DNA of 64,000 bases from an uncultured Methanoregulaceae archaeon (GCA_963701095.1 OY969564.1:160001-224000); one strand, 5' to 3'; positions 1-11,160 are shown, counted from the stretch's first letter. The notes: a model not told the origin generated them from the letters alone. Program-made: numbers and translations.

Positions 1-347
1 ATGACCGGCAGATCCAGTACCTTTGCAATGGCTGCAGTACTTCCCGAATCATCCAGAGCTTCGGCACCTTCGTACAACCCGCGTACGCCTTCGACCAATG
101 CAATATCGGCGCCCCGGGAGCCCTGTAAGAAGATGTTACGGATCTGGCCTTCACTTAATACAAAGTTATCGAGGTTCCGGCAGGGCCTCCCCGAGACCGC
201 GGAAAGATAGGAGGGATCGATATAGTCCATGCCTACTTTGAATGTCTGGACAGTACCCTCGTTTTTTAAAAGAGCGGCAAGGGCAAGTGTGATGCTTGTT
301 TTCCCGCTTCCGGATCTGTCACCGGTTATAAGGAGAGATTTCATCAT
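1..347 (-). CDS. cfbB: Ni-sirohydrochlorin a,c-diamide synthase (5' part; runs off the window)
   Basis: Manual translation MKSLLITGDRSGSGKTSITLALAALL...; CbiA/CobB-type P-loop; start overlaps the cfbD stop. Confidence 0.85.
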   Translation of the reverse strand, partial: MMKSLLITGDRSGSGKTSITLALAALLKNEGTVQTFKVGMDYIDPSYLSAVSGRPCRNLDNFVLSEGQIRNIFLQGSRGADIALVEGVRGLYEGAEALDDSGSTAAIAKVLDLPV

Positions 348-1414
348 ACAAGACTCCTGAGCACAGCGCCAAATTCACTCTCCACAATGTCGCGTACCCC
401 AAGCGTCTTGGGGTGGAGATCAATCTCGACCAGCACATGTTCGTGGCCGATAGCATGCAGCGGCGCCACCTGCCGGGGCCCGTTGGTAACCGAGAAACAT
501 TCTATCCCGTTCGTATACGCCGGGGGAATAGCATGGGGCACGCCAGCAATAAAGGCAAACGTGGGTGCAATCTCCCGGATACGGGTGCCAAGGGTATCCC
601 CGTTTGCCCCGTACTCGTCCAATGCCCCTATTACTTCAAGCGGTACTCCGCGCCGGATCATTTCGTCCCGTATTCGTCCGGCATCGACCCGGACCTTGGG
701 TAGACCCCTGTTGTCGAGATTGGCGATATAGGTTATATCGGCATCCGGGCAGACTTCGTGGAGCGCGATAAGTTCATCGGCAAACATATAAGCTGTCTCT
801 TTTTTGGCATTGAGGATAGCGACGCCCTTTTTCCCGCTCCGTGCGCATGCGATGAGGCGCTCCCCGGCGAGGTGTTTTAAGTCCCCGCGCAAAGGTTCGA
901 GATATTCCTTTGACGCTGCCCCCCGGAGTTTCTCGACCTCATTTGCCTTTTCCATGAGCCGGTACTGGCGGGTAAGTTCTTCTTCGCTTATCCACCCTGC
1001 CTCTTTTGCTGCATCTAAAGTGGAGAGAACTCCGGCAATGTTTTCGGTGAAGCCGGCATGGATATCGACAGCAATAATCGGGGTCGTGACCCCGGCACTT
1101 TCGATGGCAGCTTGGAGGTCCTCACCGATGATCATCGAGACACAGGTTCCTATTACAGCCATTTTTTTGGGTGCAAACTGGTCCTCTGCATACCGTAACA
1201 CACTCTCAAGAGCCTTCTGGCCGCCAAAAACAAATTCGTTATCGGCAAGAGCAGTTGTCAGGACCCGCATCCCGTCCTCTTCAAGAAGCCTGGCATGTTT
1301 GAACGAGCAGCCGGAAGGGCCGTGCAGGATCGCGACGTCCACTTTGAGATCCCGTGCAGTGTAAAGAGCAGCTACAATAGAGCTTGGCCGTGGATGCATG
1401 AACCGTGTTGGCAT
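344..1414 (-). CDS. cfbD: Ni-sirohydrochlorin a,c-diamide reductive cyclase catalytic subunit (NifD-like)
   Basis: MHPRPSSIVAALYT, HGPSGC and GTCVSMIIGED motifs; cfb cluster context. Confidence 0.92.
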   Translation of the reverse strand: MPTRFMHPRPSSIVAALYTARDLKVDVAILHGPSGCSFKHARLLEEDGMRVLTTALADNEFVFGGQKALESVLRYAEDQFAPKKMAVIGTCVSMIIGEDLQAAIESAGVTTPIIAVDIHAGFTENIAGVLSTLDAAKEAGWISEEELTRQYRLMEKANEVEKLRGAASKEYLEPLRGDLKHLAGERLIACARSGKKGVAILNAKKETAYMFADELIALHEVCPDADITYIANLDNRGLPKVRVDAGRIRDEMIRRGVPLEVIGALDEYGANGDTLGTRIREIAPTFAFIAGVPHAIPPAYTNGIECFSVTNGPRQVAPLHAIGHEHVLVEIDLHPKTLGVRDIVESEFGAVLRSLV

Positions 1415-1417
1415 TTG

Positions 1418-2630
1418 TTATCTCCATGTCTTGACTGCGAGCACGATGGCGCCGGTAGTCGTCCTTTCAATGGCACACCGCTCTGCCTCTTCAAGAGTCG
1501 GAAAGATTGCATCGATTGCAATCGGAGCGTCAGATTCTTTGAGTGAAGGTGGATCCCCCACCCAGATAAGTATCCGGGGCCGGATGGTCCGGACTGCTTT
1601 GAGGATCTGGTCGTCTTTGAATCCTTCGCAGACCGCACCGTCACCCTTGACTGTGCCTATTACAAGAGTTATTCCGGGAGAACCCGCACTCATCCGGGCG
1701 TACCGTGCTGCGTCGATAGTTGTTTCCGCAGTCGTCCCGCTGTTTGCATTGTCTATAATGAGGATATTGTCCTGTTTCATCACCGACATACGTCCCGGTA
1801 TACCAGTAAATGTGTCCAGGAGTGAAGGGTCATAGCCAAGCATTATAGTCTGCAGCCCCGGCGAGGGTAAGGGGCACGCGGTACCCCGGTGTAGAAAGAA
1901 GTTGATTTGTAAATGAACCGGATCGCCCGTCCACTGAAAGTGTGCAAGATGCACCTGAAACGGAAACAATGTCGTCAAGCTTGACAATATTTGAACTCTT
2001 TCCGGTTTCTAACGACACTGCCATAAGCAACCGCCGGCTCTTTTGTGCCGAGGCAGCTTTTTCTTTAAGAGCACTTTTCTTCCCGGCCGCACACAGGTAG
2101 TCGTCCGGGGAGGTAATGATGGCAAGATCCCCAGCACCGGTTACACCAAGTGATTCTTCAGCGATAAGCCAGCCCCGCATAGATACTGCCTTCTGTGCGG
2201 CATCCAGAACTGAAGCCGGCGTAATGCTTTTTTTAAAAATCAGCCGTTTCTCTGGCATTTCATAGGTACCGGTTGAAGTATGTAACACGCCGGGTCCCGT
2301 AAGCAGATGAGCAAGAGCATGTGCTGTTGTAGTCTTTCCTTGTGCCCCGGTAATTTCAATCATCGGACTCGGCACATTTCCGCACAGCAGCTGCCGGACT
2401 GCGTCATGGTGGGAAATGACCGGTTCTCTCCTCCGGCAGACCAATGGGTGTTCCGGGTCGAGGTGAACCGGGGACACAACGAGATCGTAGGTTGTGTTTT
2501 TAGCCCGTTGCGCAACCTCAGGTGTTGAGCCCCGGTACACATCGACAATATCAACCGTGTTACCGGCCTCAGCAAACGCTGCTCCAATACGGTTGCCGCC
2601 ATGGATCGTATCGAGTACCAGGATCCGCAT
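1418..2630 (-). CDS. cfbE: Coenzyme F430 synthetase (Mur-ligase-like); apparent frameshift near 1848
   Basis: VLDTIHGG, EITGAQGKTTT, PGRM and DNANSGT motifs split across ORFs 1830-2630 and 1418-1987. Confidence 0.85.
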
Positions 2631-2638
2631 ATACGTTT

Positions 2639-3040
2639 TCAGATAAGCGTAAGCGCCTGATGGGCATTTTTTACCATCAGCTGTGCAAGAAGGGGATCAA
2701 TCCCGATGGGATCTGCATAGACAAGCGGAATGGATTTTCCGTTAAGGACAAACGTGCCCTTTTTTGTACCTTCAGGAAGGCCAATCTCGGATGGAATGTC
2801 TTTTTCGATGTGGACACCTTTTGCAAGAAAGAGGGGGACGACCACAAGCACATCGATATTTTCTTTCCTGAACTCAGCTAACGCATCCTTGATGGATGGT
2901 TTATTGATATTCATAAAACCGCATTTTACAACAAATTCTGACGTCTGCGACTGGATCAGTTTTCCTGTTGATTCAATGAGCTCCTTATTGTAAGGCATGG
3001 TGCTTCCATGGCCTACAAGTAACATTCCCTTGGTAACCAT
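2639..3040 (-). CDS. cfbA: Sirohydrochlorin nickelochelatase (CbiX-small family)
   Basis: LVGHGS and VPLFLAKGVH motifs; first gene of the cfb cluster. Confidence 0.92.
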   Translation of the reverse strand: MVTKGMLLVGHGSTMPYNKELIESTGKLIQSQTSEFVVKCGFMNINKPSIKDALAEFRKENIDVLVVVPLFLAKGVHIEKDIPSEIGLPEGTKKGTFVLNGKSIPLVYADPIGIDPLLAQLMVKNAHQALTLI

Positions 3041-3275
3041 TTATGTAACCTCAATATTTTTTAGAAGGTCCGTTATTGTGACAACGAACACGTGATGTAT
3101 GACAAATTGTTCACAATCGTAATAATTTTTATCGTTTTTATCCTCCTATTCGTGCTACTCGTCGAAGGTTTCCCCGGGGAGTCTGCATTTTTGCATTACT
3201 AAAAAACAGCGCTTATGGGTTTGTCAGCAGTATCGCGGGAGGTCTTGAATACCGGCACACCCGATGAAAAGAGGG

Positions 3276-3749
3276 TTATTTTGAAAGGATCCCGTCAGCA
3301 AACCGGCGGACAGTATCCTCATAGAGCCCGCTTTCCACGTCTTTTTCCACGATTGTAGCCGATGACATAAATCTCATACCTTTCTTTTCAAGCAGGTGGC
3401 ACACGACTTCTGTCGGCCGGTCCGAGCCAGGCGAACCTCGCTCAACGAGCACGTGGAATGGTTTTCCTTCAGCGCCGGTCAACAGGGAAAGGTACATATT
3501 AACATACGGCGGGATTTTGGTAGCCCAGACCGGAGTCGCTATGACAAGGGTATCAATACCGGCAAGATCAGTTCTACAGGGTTTGATAGGGGAGGTCATG
3601 GACATGAGCGCTTCCATGGCGCCAAACGCAAGATTCACCCGGCTTGCAGGCTCAATCCGGATTGTCTCTGCCCCAATCTTCTTGGCTAGCGATGTTGCCA
3701 CGGTCTGGGTGTGTCCGGTGCGGGAATAATAAACAACAAGAGGGGTCAT
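3276..3749 (-). CDS. Flavodoxin-like protein
   Basis: YYSRTGHT FMN loop; IATPVW motif. Confidence 0.8.
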   Translation of the reverse strand: MTPLVVYYSRTGHTQTVATSLAKKIGAETIRIEPASRVNLAFGAMEALMSMTSPIKPCRTDLAGIDTLVIATPVWATKIPPYVNMYLSLLTGAEGKPFHVLVERGSPGSDRPTEVVCHLLEKKGMRFMSSATIVEKDVESGLYEDTVRRFADGILSK

Positions 3750-4100
3750 GGGTCAATCCTCTGATATCTCGGTTTTTTCAAAAACCCTTGGAAAAATTGC
3801 CCCCGTGTCCTCAAGGGACAACTTGCATTCATATATGTATTGCTACTCTTGGTAATAAATATATATTTATCTAAAAAACTCTAGTTAAAATATGAAAACT
3901 ATATCTTAAGGGGCAGCATATTTACAAGATAGTGTGCGAATAAATTGTTTATCATTATTAATGCTCTTAGATAAAACATAATATCCGGGTTATCAGGTTT
4001 TGAGAGCCAGGAAACACCTTGCAAGCATTCGTATTCGGGTACAATCCATGCTAGCCTACCTCACCGCTCGACAAAATAACGACAGGGGCAGGTACATTCC

Positions 4101-4914
4101 GTGATCGAATATTTCGCCGCAGGCCTGATTGCGATTGGTATTGGCATTATTGCCGCTATAATCGGGCTTGGTGGTGGTTTTTTTTATGTCCCGACACTTT
4201 CGTTGATCTTCGGCCTTGATACGAAAACAGCAATCGGTACCAGCCTTACTATTATGATCTTCTCCGCTATGTCTGCCTCGGTACTGGTACCGGAAACAGG
4301 GTATTATCCTCTACAGAGTGGCGCTGATTATGATCATTCCCAGCATGATTGCTTCGGTTATTGGGACCTATCTAACAACGCTTGTGGATGCCCGGATACT
4401 TGTTTTTATTTTCTGCGTCATGCTCACGCTTATTTCGCTTGAGATGTTGATCCCTGCATTCCGGTTCCTCACTGAGGTAAAGTGGGGGCCTTCTTTTGTT
4501 CTTGAGACTCAGGTTGATCACCAGGGCAAACAGCCGGTCGAACGCATATGGTATTCCCATCTTGTATTCTGGGGATTTGCCGGGGGCCTGTTGAGTGGAG
4601 TCACCGGGACAAGCGGTGGGGCACTTTTTGTTCCTGCCCTTGCGACCGCCGGTATACCCGTGCATTATGCTATCGCAACCTCGATGTTTACCATTATTCT
4701 TGTTTCCATCACCGGAGCGACTGCTCATGCTTCTATCGGCCAGATCTCGTGGCCGTTTGTTGCCGTATACGGTGCCGGGGCAGCCTTTGGCGCATTCATT
4801 GGGGCAAATGTCGCGCCTAAAATCAAGGAACAGGAGATCAAGAAAATATTCGGCTGTCTTCTCTTGTTTATTGCTGTCCTTATGTTCCAGCAGAAAGTTC
4901 TGATGGGTATATAG
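4101..4914 (+). CDS. TauE/SafE (TSUP) family membrane transporter; apparent frameshift near 4281
   Basis: GLGGG..VP and AIGTSL / AIATS internal repeats split across two ORFs. Confidence 0.8.
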
Positions 4915-5005
4915 GTATCAGATATCTCTTATAAAAAATAATTAAAAAAGCCTGATCTATGCACAATGAAAGACGGGTATTGGGGACGGGAAAATACTGT
5001 GGTTT

Positions 5006-5269
5006 TCACCATTTACTGCCACAATTTTTGCAATACCATGTCTCTTCGCGATTTTTAACATCGCCAATAATCAGTTTGCCTTTCCGCTGTTGGTTTCTCA
5101 AGGTTGGGGAAACATCGTAAATGATGGGAATGACGCCTTCAGAATTCATGCAGACGAGGCAATCCGGAGCGAGCCTTTGCACTTCACTTATGCACTGCAT
5201 ATATGATATGTTCCATTTATTTTCATCACCATAAATGTTATGAAATGAACTTACCCCTATAGAAGGCAA
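5006..5269 (-). CDS. Small hypothetical protein with two CxxC motifs (possible Zn-ribbon)
   Basis: CLVC...WYCKNCGSKW; AT-rich; start uncertain. Confidence 0.35.
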   Translation of the reverse strand: MPSIGVSSFHNIYGDENKWNISYMQCISEVQRLAPDCLVCMNSEGVIPIIYDVSPTLRNQQRKGKLIIGDVKNREETWYCKNCGSKW

Positions 5270-5466
5270 TATTTGACATCTATATTTTGCCGATCCCGAA
5301 ATTTCACCGTTGATGGGGTTACCGTCTTGAATCCATTCCCGGTTTTCTGGAGAGCAAACCCCTTGTTGTCTTTGCTGCGGAGATGGTGGTGCGAACGGAT
5401 CTTTTCAAGCTGGACCGGAACATATGAAAAGACCTTTGTGATGCAAATCGTAACTAGTATGAATTC

Positions 5467-6606
5467 ATGATAGATGCGTTCGGGCGCTTCGGCCTTACTA
5501 TCAACAATCGCGTGGTCAAGACTCCTCTTGCAATAGCGTCCATGGCAGGCATCGTTGACGCGAGGTATGTCCTTGAACGTAAGGATCATATCGGTGTTGC
5601 ATTCATTGGCGGCTATGCAATCGACCAACCTACCATGGACGCTGCGCGTGAAATTGCTCATGACGGTACACGAAAAGAATTCCTGTATAACGATCCTCTC
5701 GAAGCATTGGGTGCCGAAATTACACTGCTCAAACCACTTGACCTTATCACCGGCATTAACCTTCGTGGCAGCTCACCGGATTCGTTTGTGCGCGTTGCCG
5801 AAGCTTTCGGAGAGGATGTGGTGTACGAAATTGACGCCCACTGCCGGCAGGATCCCATGGTCGCCGCCGGGTCCGGGGAACATTATCTTAAAAACCCTGA
5901 CGAACTTGTCGCGGTCATCAGGGCCCTCAAAGCAAAAAAGGTCGCAGTTTCGGTAAAGATTCGTGTAGGTGTTGCCGCGGATGATCGTGTGCTCGTCCGG
6001 AAAATCTGGAAAGCCGGTGCCGATATTATCCATGTTGATCTCATGGATGCCGGTGTAACAAAACTGCGGCAGATCCGGAACAGCTGCCCCCTTTTAATCA
6101 TTGCAAATAATGCCATTACGACGTTTGACCGGATGCGGGAGATGCTTTCACATGGAGCCGATCTCGTGTCGCTTGCCCGTCAGTCAGACGTAGATACGCT
6201 TGCCGGTCTTGATGCAGCCATTTCCCGGTACGCCGATAAAGAGGGCTGGTATAACTCACCAAAACAGTTGTGCCGGGGAGGAGATATCAGGGCACTGACG
6301 TTCTGTTGCATGCCGGTAAAGGAATGCCCTCTTATCCCGGCGCTCACAAGGATCGGTATTTCCCGCGACGAGTATGTCCGGCTCAAACTGGAAACAGTTA
6401 AAGGTACCCCTCTTGATTCAGGACCAAATACCTGTTTTGCAAGCCTTGCATGGTGCTGCAAAACATCTTCGCCCTGTATGTTCCGGGACATGACCCTTGC
6501 GAAGGAAGGTCTTTCAAAGAAAGAATATATGCGCCGGAAACGTGAGCTTTCAGATACGATAATGAGCCGTGTGTTTCATGACGTCCCATCTGATGAGTCC
6601 AGCTGA
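5467..6606 (+). CDS. Methanogenesis marker 9 domain protein (Dus-like TIM barrel plus Cys-rich C-terminal domain)
   Basis: ASMAGI and EIDAHCRQ motifs; C-terminal CRGGD.RAL.FCC.P.K.C and CFASLAWCC. Confidence 0.85.
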   Translation: MIDAFGRFGLTINNRVVKTPLAIASMAGIVDARYVLERKDHIGVAFIGGYAIDQPTMDAAREIAHDGTRKEFLYNDPLEALGAEITLLKPLDLITGINLRGSSPDSFVRVAEAFGEDVVYEIDAHCRQDPMVAAGSGEHYLKNPDELVAVIRALKAKKVAVSVKIRVGVAADDRVLVRKIWKAGADIIHVDLMDAGVTKLRQIRNSCPLLIIANNAITTFDRMREMLSHGADLVSLARQSDVDTLAGLDAAISRYADKEGWYNSPKQLCRGGDIRALTFCCMPVKECPLIPALTRIGISRDEYVRLKLETVKGTPLDSGPNTCFASLAWCCKTSSPCMFRDMTLAKEGLSKKEYMRRKRELSDTIMSRVFHDVPSDESS

Positions 6607-7399
6607 ACGTGCGCAGCTTGCGATGGTGCTTGAGGTATCAGCGTTTCCAAAGCCCGGGAATGTTGACCGGTGTCACGATTATCCGGATACACGGCTCGAG
6701 CATTTCCTTGCGTCGGTGATTTTTTCCCGTCCTTCCCTTGAAGAGGCTTCATCGGGGAGAGGCCGGATCGGGGAGATTATTGGCCACGCGGTCCGCCAGA
6801 CCAATGTGCACAGTGGCGGTAATACGCATTTCGGTGCATTCATTCTCCTGATCCCGCTCCTCTACGGGGGCACTATCGAAGGTGCACAGGAAGCGGTAAC
6901 AAAAACCGATGTCTCGGACGCAGTCGCGTTCTACAAAGCGTTTGCACTTACCAGCGTCCGGATGAACGAGACCGATGCACTCGACGTAAACGATCCTAAA
7001 GCCCTCGACGAGCTCCGGAATCGCAACTTGACCTTGTATGACGTGATGGAGCATTCTGCACCAAACGATATGGTAGCCCGGGAATGGGTCAACGGGTTTT
7101 TACTTACTAGGCGGGGTGCCGATATGCTCCACCAGATCGGGCCCGGCAGGGAAGCGATCGTCGAGATGTTCCTGACGTTATTTGCAACCGAGCCTGATAC
7201 GTTCATTATCAAAAAACATGGCCGGGAGGTCGCGGAACGGACCATGGAAAAAGCTCGCGAGGTTCTCACCGGCCGCAGGGTACTGGAAACCTTTGATGCC
7301 GAATGTATCGAGAAAGGTATTAACCCGGGCTCGATAGCTGATATTACAATTGCAGCTCTTTTTATCGCATTAGGCGAGGGGTGGGCATGGGACTCTTAA
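6569..7399 (+). CDS. citG: Triphosphoribosyl-dephospho-CoA synthase (CitG family)
   Basis: PKPGNV, GGNTHFG and INPGSIAD motifs. Confidence 0.85.
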   Translation: MCFMTSHLMSPAERAQLAMVLEVSAFPKPGNVDRCHDYPDTRLEHFLASVIFSRPSLEEASSGRGRIGEIIGHAVRQTNVHSGGNTHFGAFILLIPLLYGGTIEGAQEAVTKTDVSDAVAFYKAFALTSVRMNETDALDVNDPKALDELRNRNLTLYDVMEHSAPNDMVAREWVNGFLLTRRGADMLHQIGPGREAIVEMFLTLFATEPDTFIIKKHGREVAERTMEKAREVLTGRRVLETFDAECIEKGINPGSIADITIAALFIALGEGWAWDS

Positions 7400-7943
7400 A
7401 AACCGGCATTAACGAAATTATTGCCACATCTGCATTCAACGCGGCACCAATGGGTATCCATCTCCGAGACAAAGAAGCGACCATGTTCCTCTTTCCCGGC
7501 AGCCATACTGCGGAAAATGTGGTACGTGACGGCTGGATTGTCGCAAATATTATCCATGACCCTGTCATGTATGTGAAGACGGCATTCGATGATCTTCCCC
7601 GCGATGCGTTTGTCGAAGAGCCGGTTTCAGGGAGACTGATGTACCGTCTCCGGGACGCTGAGGCCTGGATTGCATTTACTACACAGTTTGAGCGCAATAC
7701 TGCCGGGGTACTGAAGGTCCATTTAACGAAGGAAAAAGAAATTATCGAAGGGGTTGCAGTGCATCCGGTGAACCGGGGATTCAATAGTATCATCGATGCG
7801 ACCGTTCATGCGACCCGTTCCGGGAAAACAAGGACCCGGAACTGAAACGGCTTATTGAGTACCATGCTGATCTTGTCCGGAAATGCGGCGGTAAAAAAGA
7901 AATGGAAGCGCTCGATCTCCTGATGCAGTATATCAGCTATTGA
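7387..7943 (+). CDS. DUF447 family protein; apparent frameshift near 7819
   Basis: NAAPMG, GSHT and NRGF..II.A.V..TR motifs; C-terminus continues in another frame to ...ALDLLMQYISY*. Confidence 0.75.
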
Positions 7944-7950
7944 AAAAAGA

Positions 7951-8946
7951 TCAGCACACCCGGGGGACCGGGTCACCCATGGGTGGTTCGATGAATCGTT
8001 CGCCCCCGATGGCTGTCTCCATGATCACATGGGATCCAGGAACAACCCTGCCAATAAGTGCGGCATCTTTCCCGAAACGGTGTGCATGCATCGCAGCAAG
8101 GATTGCATCAGCGTCACGGGCGGGAACGCCCATGACGACCTTGCCCTCGTTTGCCACTTCAAGCGGGTCAATCCCGAGCATACCGGCAGCACTTTTTACA
8201 CTACGGCGGATCGGGATACAGCTTTCTTCGATCCTCACCTGGACATGACTCTTTTTTGCCATCTCGTTTATGGCGCTTGCAAATCCGCCCCGGGTTGGAT
8301 CCTTCATCGCATGGATAGTACCAGCTTCGAGAACACCCTCCATCATCCCCCAGAGCGGGGCGACATCGGATAGGATCTGTTCACCAAGGTCAAACCCTTC
8401 GCGATGTGCCATAATGGCAATACCGTGGTCCCCAAGGGTTCCCGAAACGATAATGACATCGCCAGGAACGAGGCCGTTGTCCCGGACAATGGTCTTTGCA
8501 ACTCCAATCCCGGCGGTGTTGATGACAATCCCATCAAGCGAGCCACGTTCGACAACTTTAGTATCCCCGGTTACAAGGTTTGCCCCGGCTTCACCTAGGG
8601 CCTCGTCCATGGAACAAACGATCCGTTCGAGATCGGCGATATCAAAACCTTCCTCAATGATCATGCCGCATGAGAGTGCGACCGGCCGCCCGCCCATCAT
8701 GGTGAGGTCATTTATGGTGCCGCAGACTGCGATCCGGCCAATATCGCCACCCGGAAAAAAGATCGGGCGCACAACATGGGAATCGGTTGTGAACACAATA
8801 TTGATGCCATTGATGGGGATTACGGCACCGTCATCCAGGGACTCAAGACCGATACCACCGGCATTGTTGTGGGAGAATTTCGTGAGCGTCTGCAGGAGTT
8901 CTCCCATAACCTCGCCGCCGGCACCATGCATCAGGTTGACTTTCAT
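7951..8946 (-). CDS. hypE: Hydrogenase maturation protein HypE
   Basis: HGAGG, TTDSHVV and DPTRGG motifs; C-terminal PRVC. Confidence 0.96.
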   Translation of the reverse strand: MKVNLMHGAGGEVMGELLQTLTKFSHNNAGGIGLESLDDGAVIPINGINIVFTTDSHVVRPIFFPGGDIGRIAVCGTINDLTMMGGRPVALSCGMIIEEGFDIADLERIVCSMDEALGEAGANLVTGDTKVVERGSLDGIVINTAGIGVAKTIVRDNGLVPGDVIIVSGTLGDHGIAIMAHREGFDLGEQILSDVAPLWGMMEGVLEAGTIHAMKDPTRGGFASAINEMAKKSHVQVRIEESCIPIRRSVKSAAGMLGIDPLEVANEGKVVMGVPARDADAILAAMHAHRFGKDAALIGRVVPGSHVIMETAIGGERFIEPPMGDPVPRVC

Positions 8947-9290
8947 GGGGAATCAGCTACCTCTATTTCGACATTGGTTACAACAATTTCGCGGCCACGG
9001 ACGACTGATGGTAATCCACCACAACGGGGACAGACGTAAATCTCGTTTCCCTCGTACCCGCAGGGACATTTTGTTTCCGGCTCTATTTCAGTACAGTCGA
9101 GGATGGCGGCAGTAAAAAGGGGGTCGTCCTCTTTTATGGTATCAAACAAAAAAATCACCTGCTCCGGATTAACCATCGCCATCTTGCCTACGTCGACCCG
9201 GATCTTTTTTACCTGCATGGCGTTGTGATCGAGGGCTGCCTTTTTAGCGGTAGCATAGAGGTCGTAAGCGATGCTATACTCGTGCATCAC
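8943..9290 (-). CDS. hypA: Hydrogenase nickel metallochaperone HypA
   Basis: MHEYSIA start; CPCG and CPRCG motifs. Confidence 0.93.
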   Translation of the reverse strand: MMHEYSIAYDLYATAKKAALDHNAMQVKKIRVDVGKMAMVNPEQVIFLFDTIKEDDPLFTAAILDCTEIEPETKCPCGYEGNEIYVCPRCGGLPSVVRGREIVVTNVEIEVADSP

Positions 9291-9511
9291 TCCTCCAGCG
9301 CTGCGTAGACCTGTTTGAAGATCTCCCGTGTCTCCAACCCGTCCTCACGGGAAAGGCGCTGGATTGCAAACCCTACATGAACGAGAACAAACTCTCCAAT
9401 CTTGACATCAACGAGATCAAGCCGGACTTCCTGTTTGAGGTCACCGTAATCCACGACCCCGATATTTCCGTCCTTAATCTCCAGTACTTCTGCAGGAACT
9501 GCGACACACAT
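9287..9511 (-). CDS. hypC: Hydrogenase assembly chaperone HypC
   Basis: MCVAVP start; VLVHVGFA motif. Confidence 0.95.
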   Translation of the reverse strand: MCVAVPAEVLEIKDGNIGVVDYGDLKQEVRLDLVDVKIGEFVLVHVGFAIQRLSREDGLETREIFKQVYAALEE

Positions 9512-9626
9512 CGAAACTTCACACCTTTATCCGATTATGTACAATGGCATTTCCCTCCACATAAAAACAGTGATAATGGTTGCCCGGGAGGGAGCAGTGT
9601 ATTAAGGATAACAAAAATTACGAAAA

Positions 9627-9665
9627 AACGCCGGGGAAGGGCGTTTTAACTGAAGGTTAAGGTCT
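9627..9665. repeat. Left attachment site (tRNA-Ser 3' duplication plus inverted arm)
   Basis: aacgccggggaag|ggcgttttaactgaaggttaaggtct. Confidence 0.85.
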
Positions 9666-9704
9666 AACACTAAATTATTTAAAGATACAGCCCTATTTAG
9701 ATCG

Positions 9705-10961
9705 ATGGCAGCTACCAGCACCATACCCCAAATATCAAAGTTTCATCCAAACGATGGAACTTACCAAAAGTATTCCAGAAATGCTCTTGTCCGAGGGCTC
9801 GCGGAAAACCGGATAACCGCTGATGACGCCGAACTCATCCGGGAATTTGTCGCGGAAATCAGCGCAACACGACATATCAGTGCGGGCAGAGCGTTTAAGC
9901 TCACCCACACACTCATAAACCTTCGTGAATATCTCGGCCCTTATCGGCATAATGCAATATCTGATATCTATGCAGCAGTCGAGAAGGTCAGAACAGCACA
10001 CGAGCCGGATGGAACGCCAAAGTATAAGCAAAACACTTTCAGTGATTTTGTCCGATTCCTCAAACGGTTTTATCTCTGGATGTGTGACAACCACTACACG
10101 ACTGTTGAAGAGAAGAAGATCCTTAAAATTCATCCGCCGTCATATGATACCCAGACAAAAACTCCTGACATGCTCCTCACGGAAGACGATGTCAGGAAAA
10201 TGATTGAAGTTTGCCAAAACTCAAAAGACCGTGCAATAGTGTCGGTACTTTATGAAGGCGGACTCAGGATCGGTGAAATTGGGAATTTACGGTGGCGAGA
10301 TATAAAATTTTCTGATTGGAATGTAACCCTCTCCACGTCGTTTAAGACCGGCAAGTCCCGGACTATTCCCTTGGTAATGAGCCGCGCCTATCTTGCATCA
10401 TGGCGGAATGATTACCCGATGGAAGTAATACCAGATTCGTTTGTGTTCCTAAGCAACAGGCGAAGTCCTCTCACTTATCATGGAGTCACCAAGCAACTTC
10501 GTATAATCGCTAAGAGGGCGGGAATAACAAAACACATCACGCCGCACATCTTCAGACACACCAGGGCAACCATCCTTATCAGGCAGGGATATGGTGAGGC
10601 CATAACCAAAAAACTTCTCTGGGGCAACCTCAATAGTAAGATGTTTTCCACCTATCTGCATCTGGTTGATTCGGATGTAGAACGAGTGATAGCTGAGAAA
10701 GCCGGGATTGTTCCCAAAGAACAGAGATCAAAGACGTTGGAACCCCGGCAATGTCCCCGGTGCTTCACGGTCAATGGTCCCACATTAGGGTTCTGCGGTA
10801 CATGCGGATTCGAGTTGACGAAAGAAGCGATGGAAAAGGTCAAACAGTCAAAGGGACAGGCAGAGTTACAACCGGAATACCGGGCACTTGTGGACAAATA
10901 TGAAGCGGATTTGCTGGCTTTGCAGGAAGGTAAAAACATTGACATTAAGAGGGTGAAATAA
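9705..10961 (+). CDS. Tyrosine recombinase/integrase with C-terminal Zn-ribbon
   Basis: GLRIGE, PHIFRHT and catalytic Tyr in STYLH; CPRC...FCGTCG. Confidence 0.93.
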   Translation: MAATSTIPQISKFHPNDGTYQKYSRNALVRGLAENRITADDAELIREFVAEISATRHISAGRAFKLTHTLINLREYLGPYRHNAISDIYAAVEKVRTAHEPDGTPKYKQNTFSDFVRFLKRFYLWMCDNHYTTVEEKKILKIHPPSYDTQTKTPDMLLTEDDVRKMIEVCQNSKDRAIVSVLYEGGLRIGEIGNLRWRDIKFSDWNVTLSTSFKTGKSRTIPLVMSRAYLASWRNDYPMEVIPDSFVFLSNRRSPLTYHGVTKQLRIIAKRAGITKHITPHIFRHTRATILIRQGYGEAITKKLLWGNLNSKMFSTYLHLVDSDVERVIAEKAGIVPKEQRSKTLEPRQCPRCFTVNGPTLGFCGTCGFELTKEAMEKVKQSKGQAELQPEYRALVDKYEADLLALQEGKNIDIKRVK

Positions 10962-11144
10962 TTGAGTAATATGGTGCTTCCAATATCTGGAGAGTTTCAC
11001 CCGGAAGCTGTAATAGGGAAACCCTATCATCATGGGATGCTTCCCTACGGCGGCGGCTTCAGCCTCAAAACCGGGAAAGTGCTATTTGCAACCACCCGTG
11101 AAGAGCACCAGCGGATCATAGCAGAGCTCCGGACGCTTGAATGA
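10962..11144 (+). CDS. Small hypothetical protein
   Basis: 60-aa ORF directly after the integrase stop. Confidence 0.4.
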   Translation: MSNMVLPISGEFHPEAVIGKPYHHGMLPYGGGFSLKTGKVLFATTREEHQRIIAELRTLE

Positions 11145-11160
11145 CGGCAAATATGAGGCA

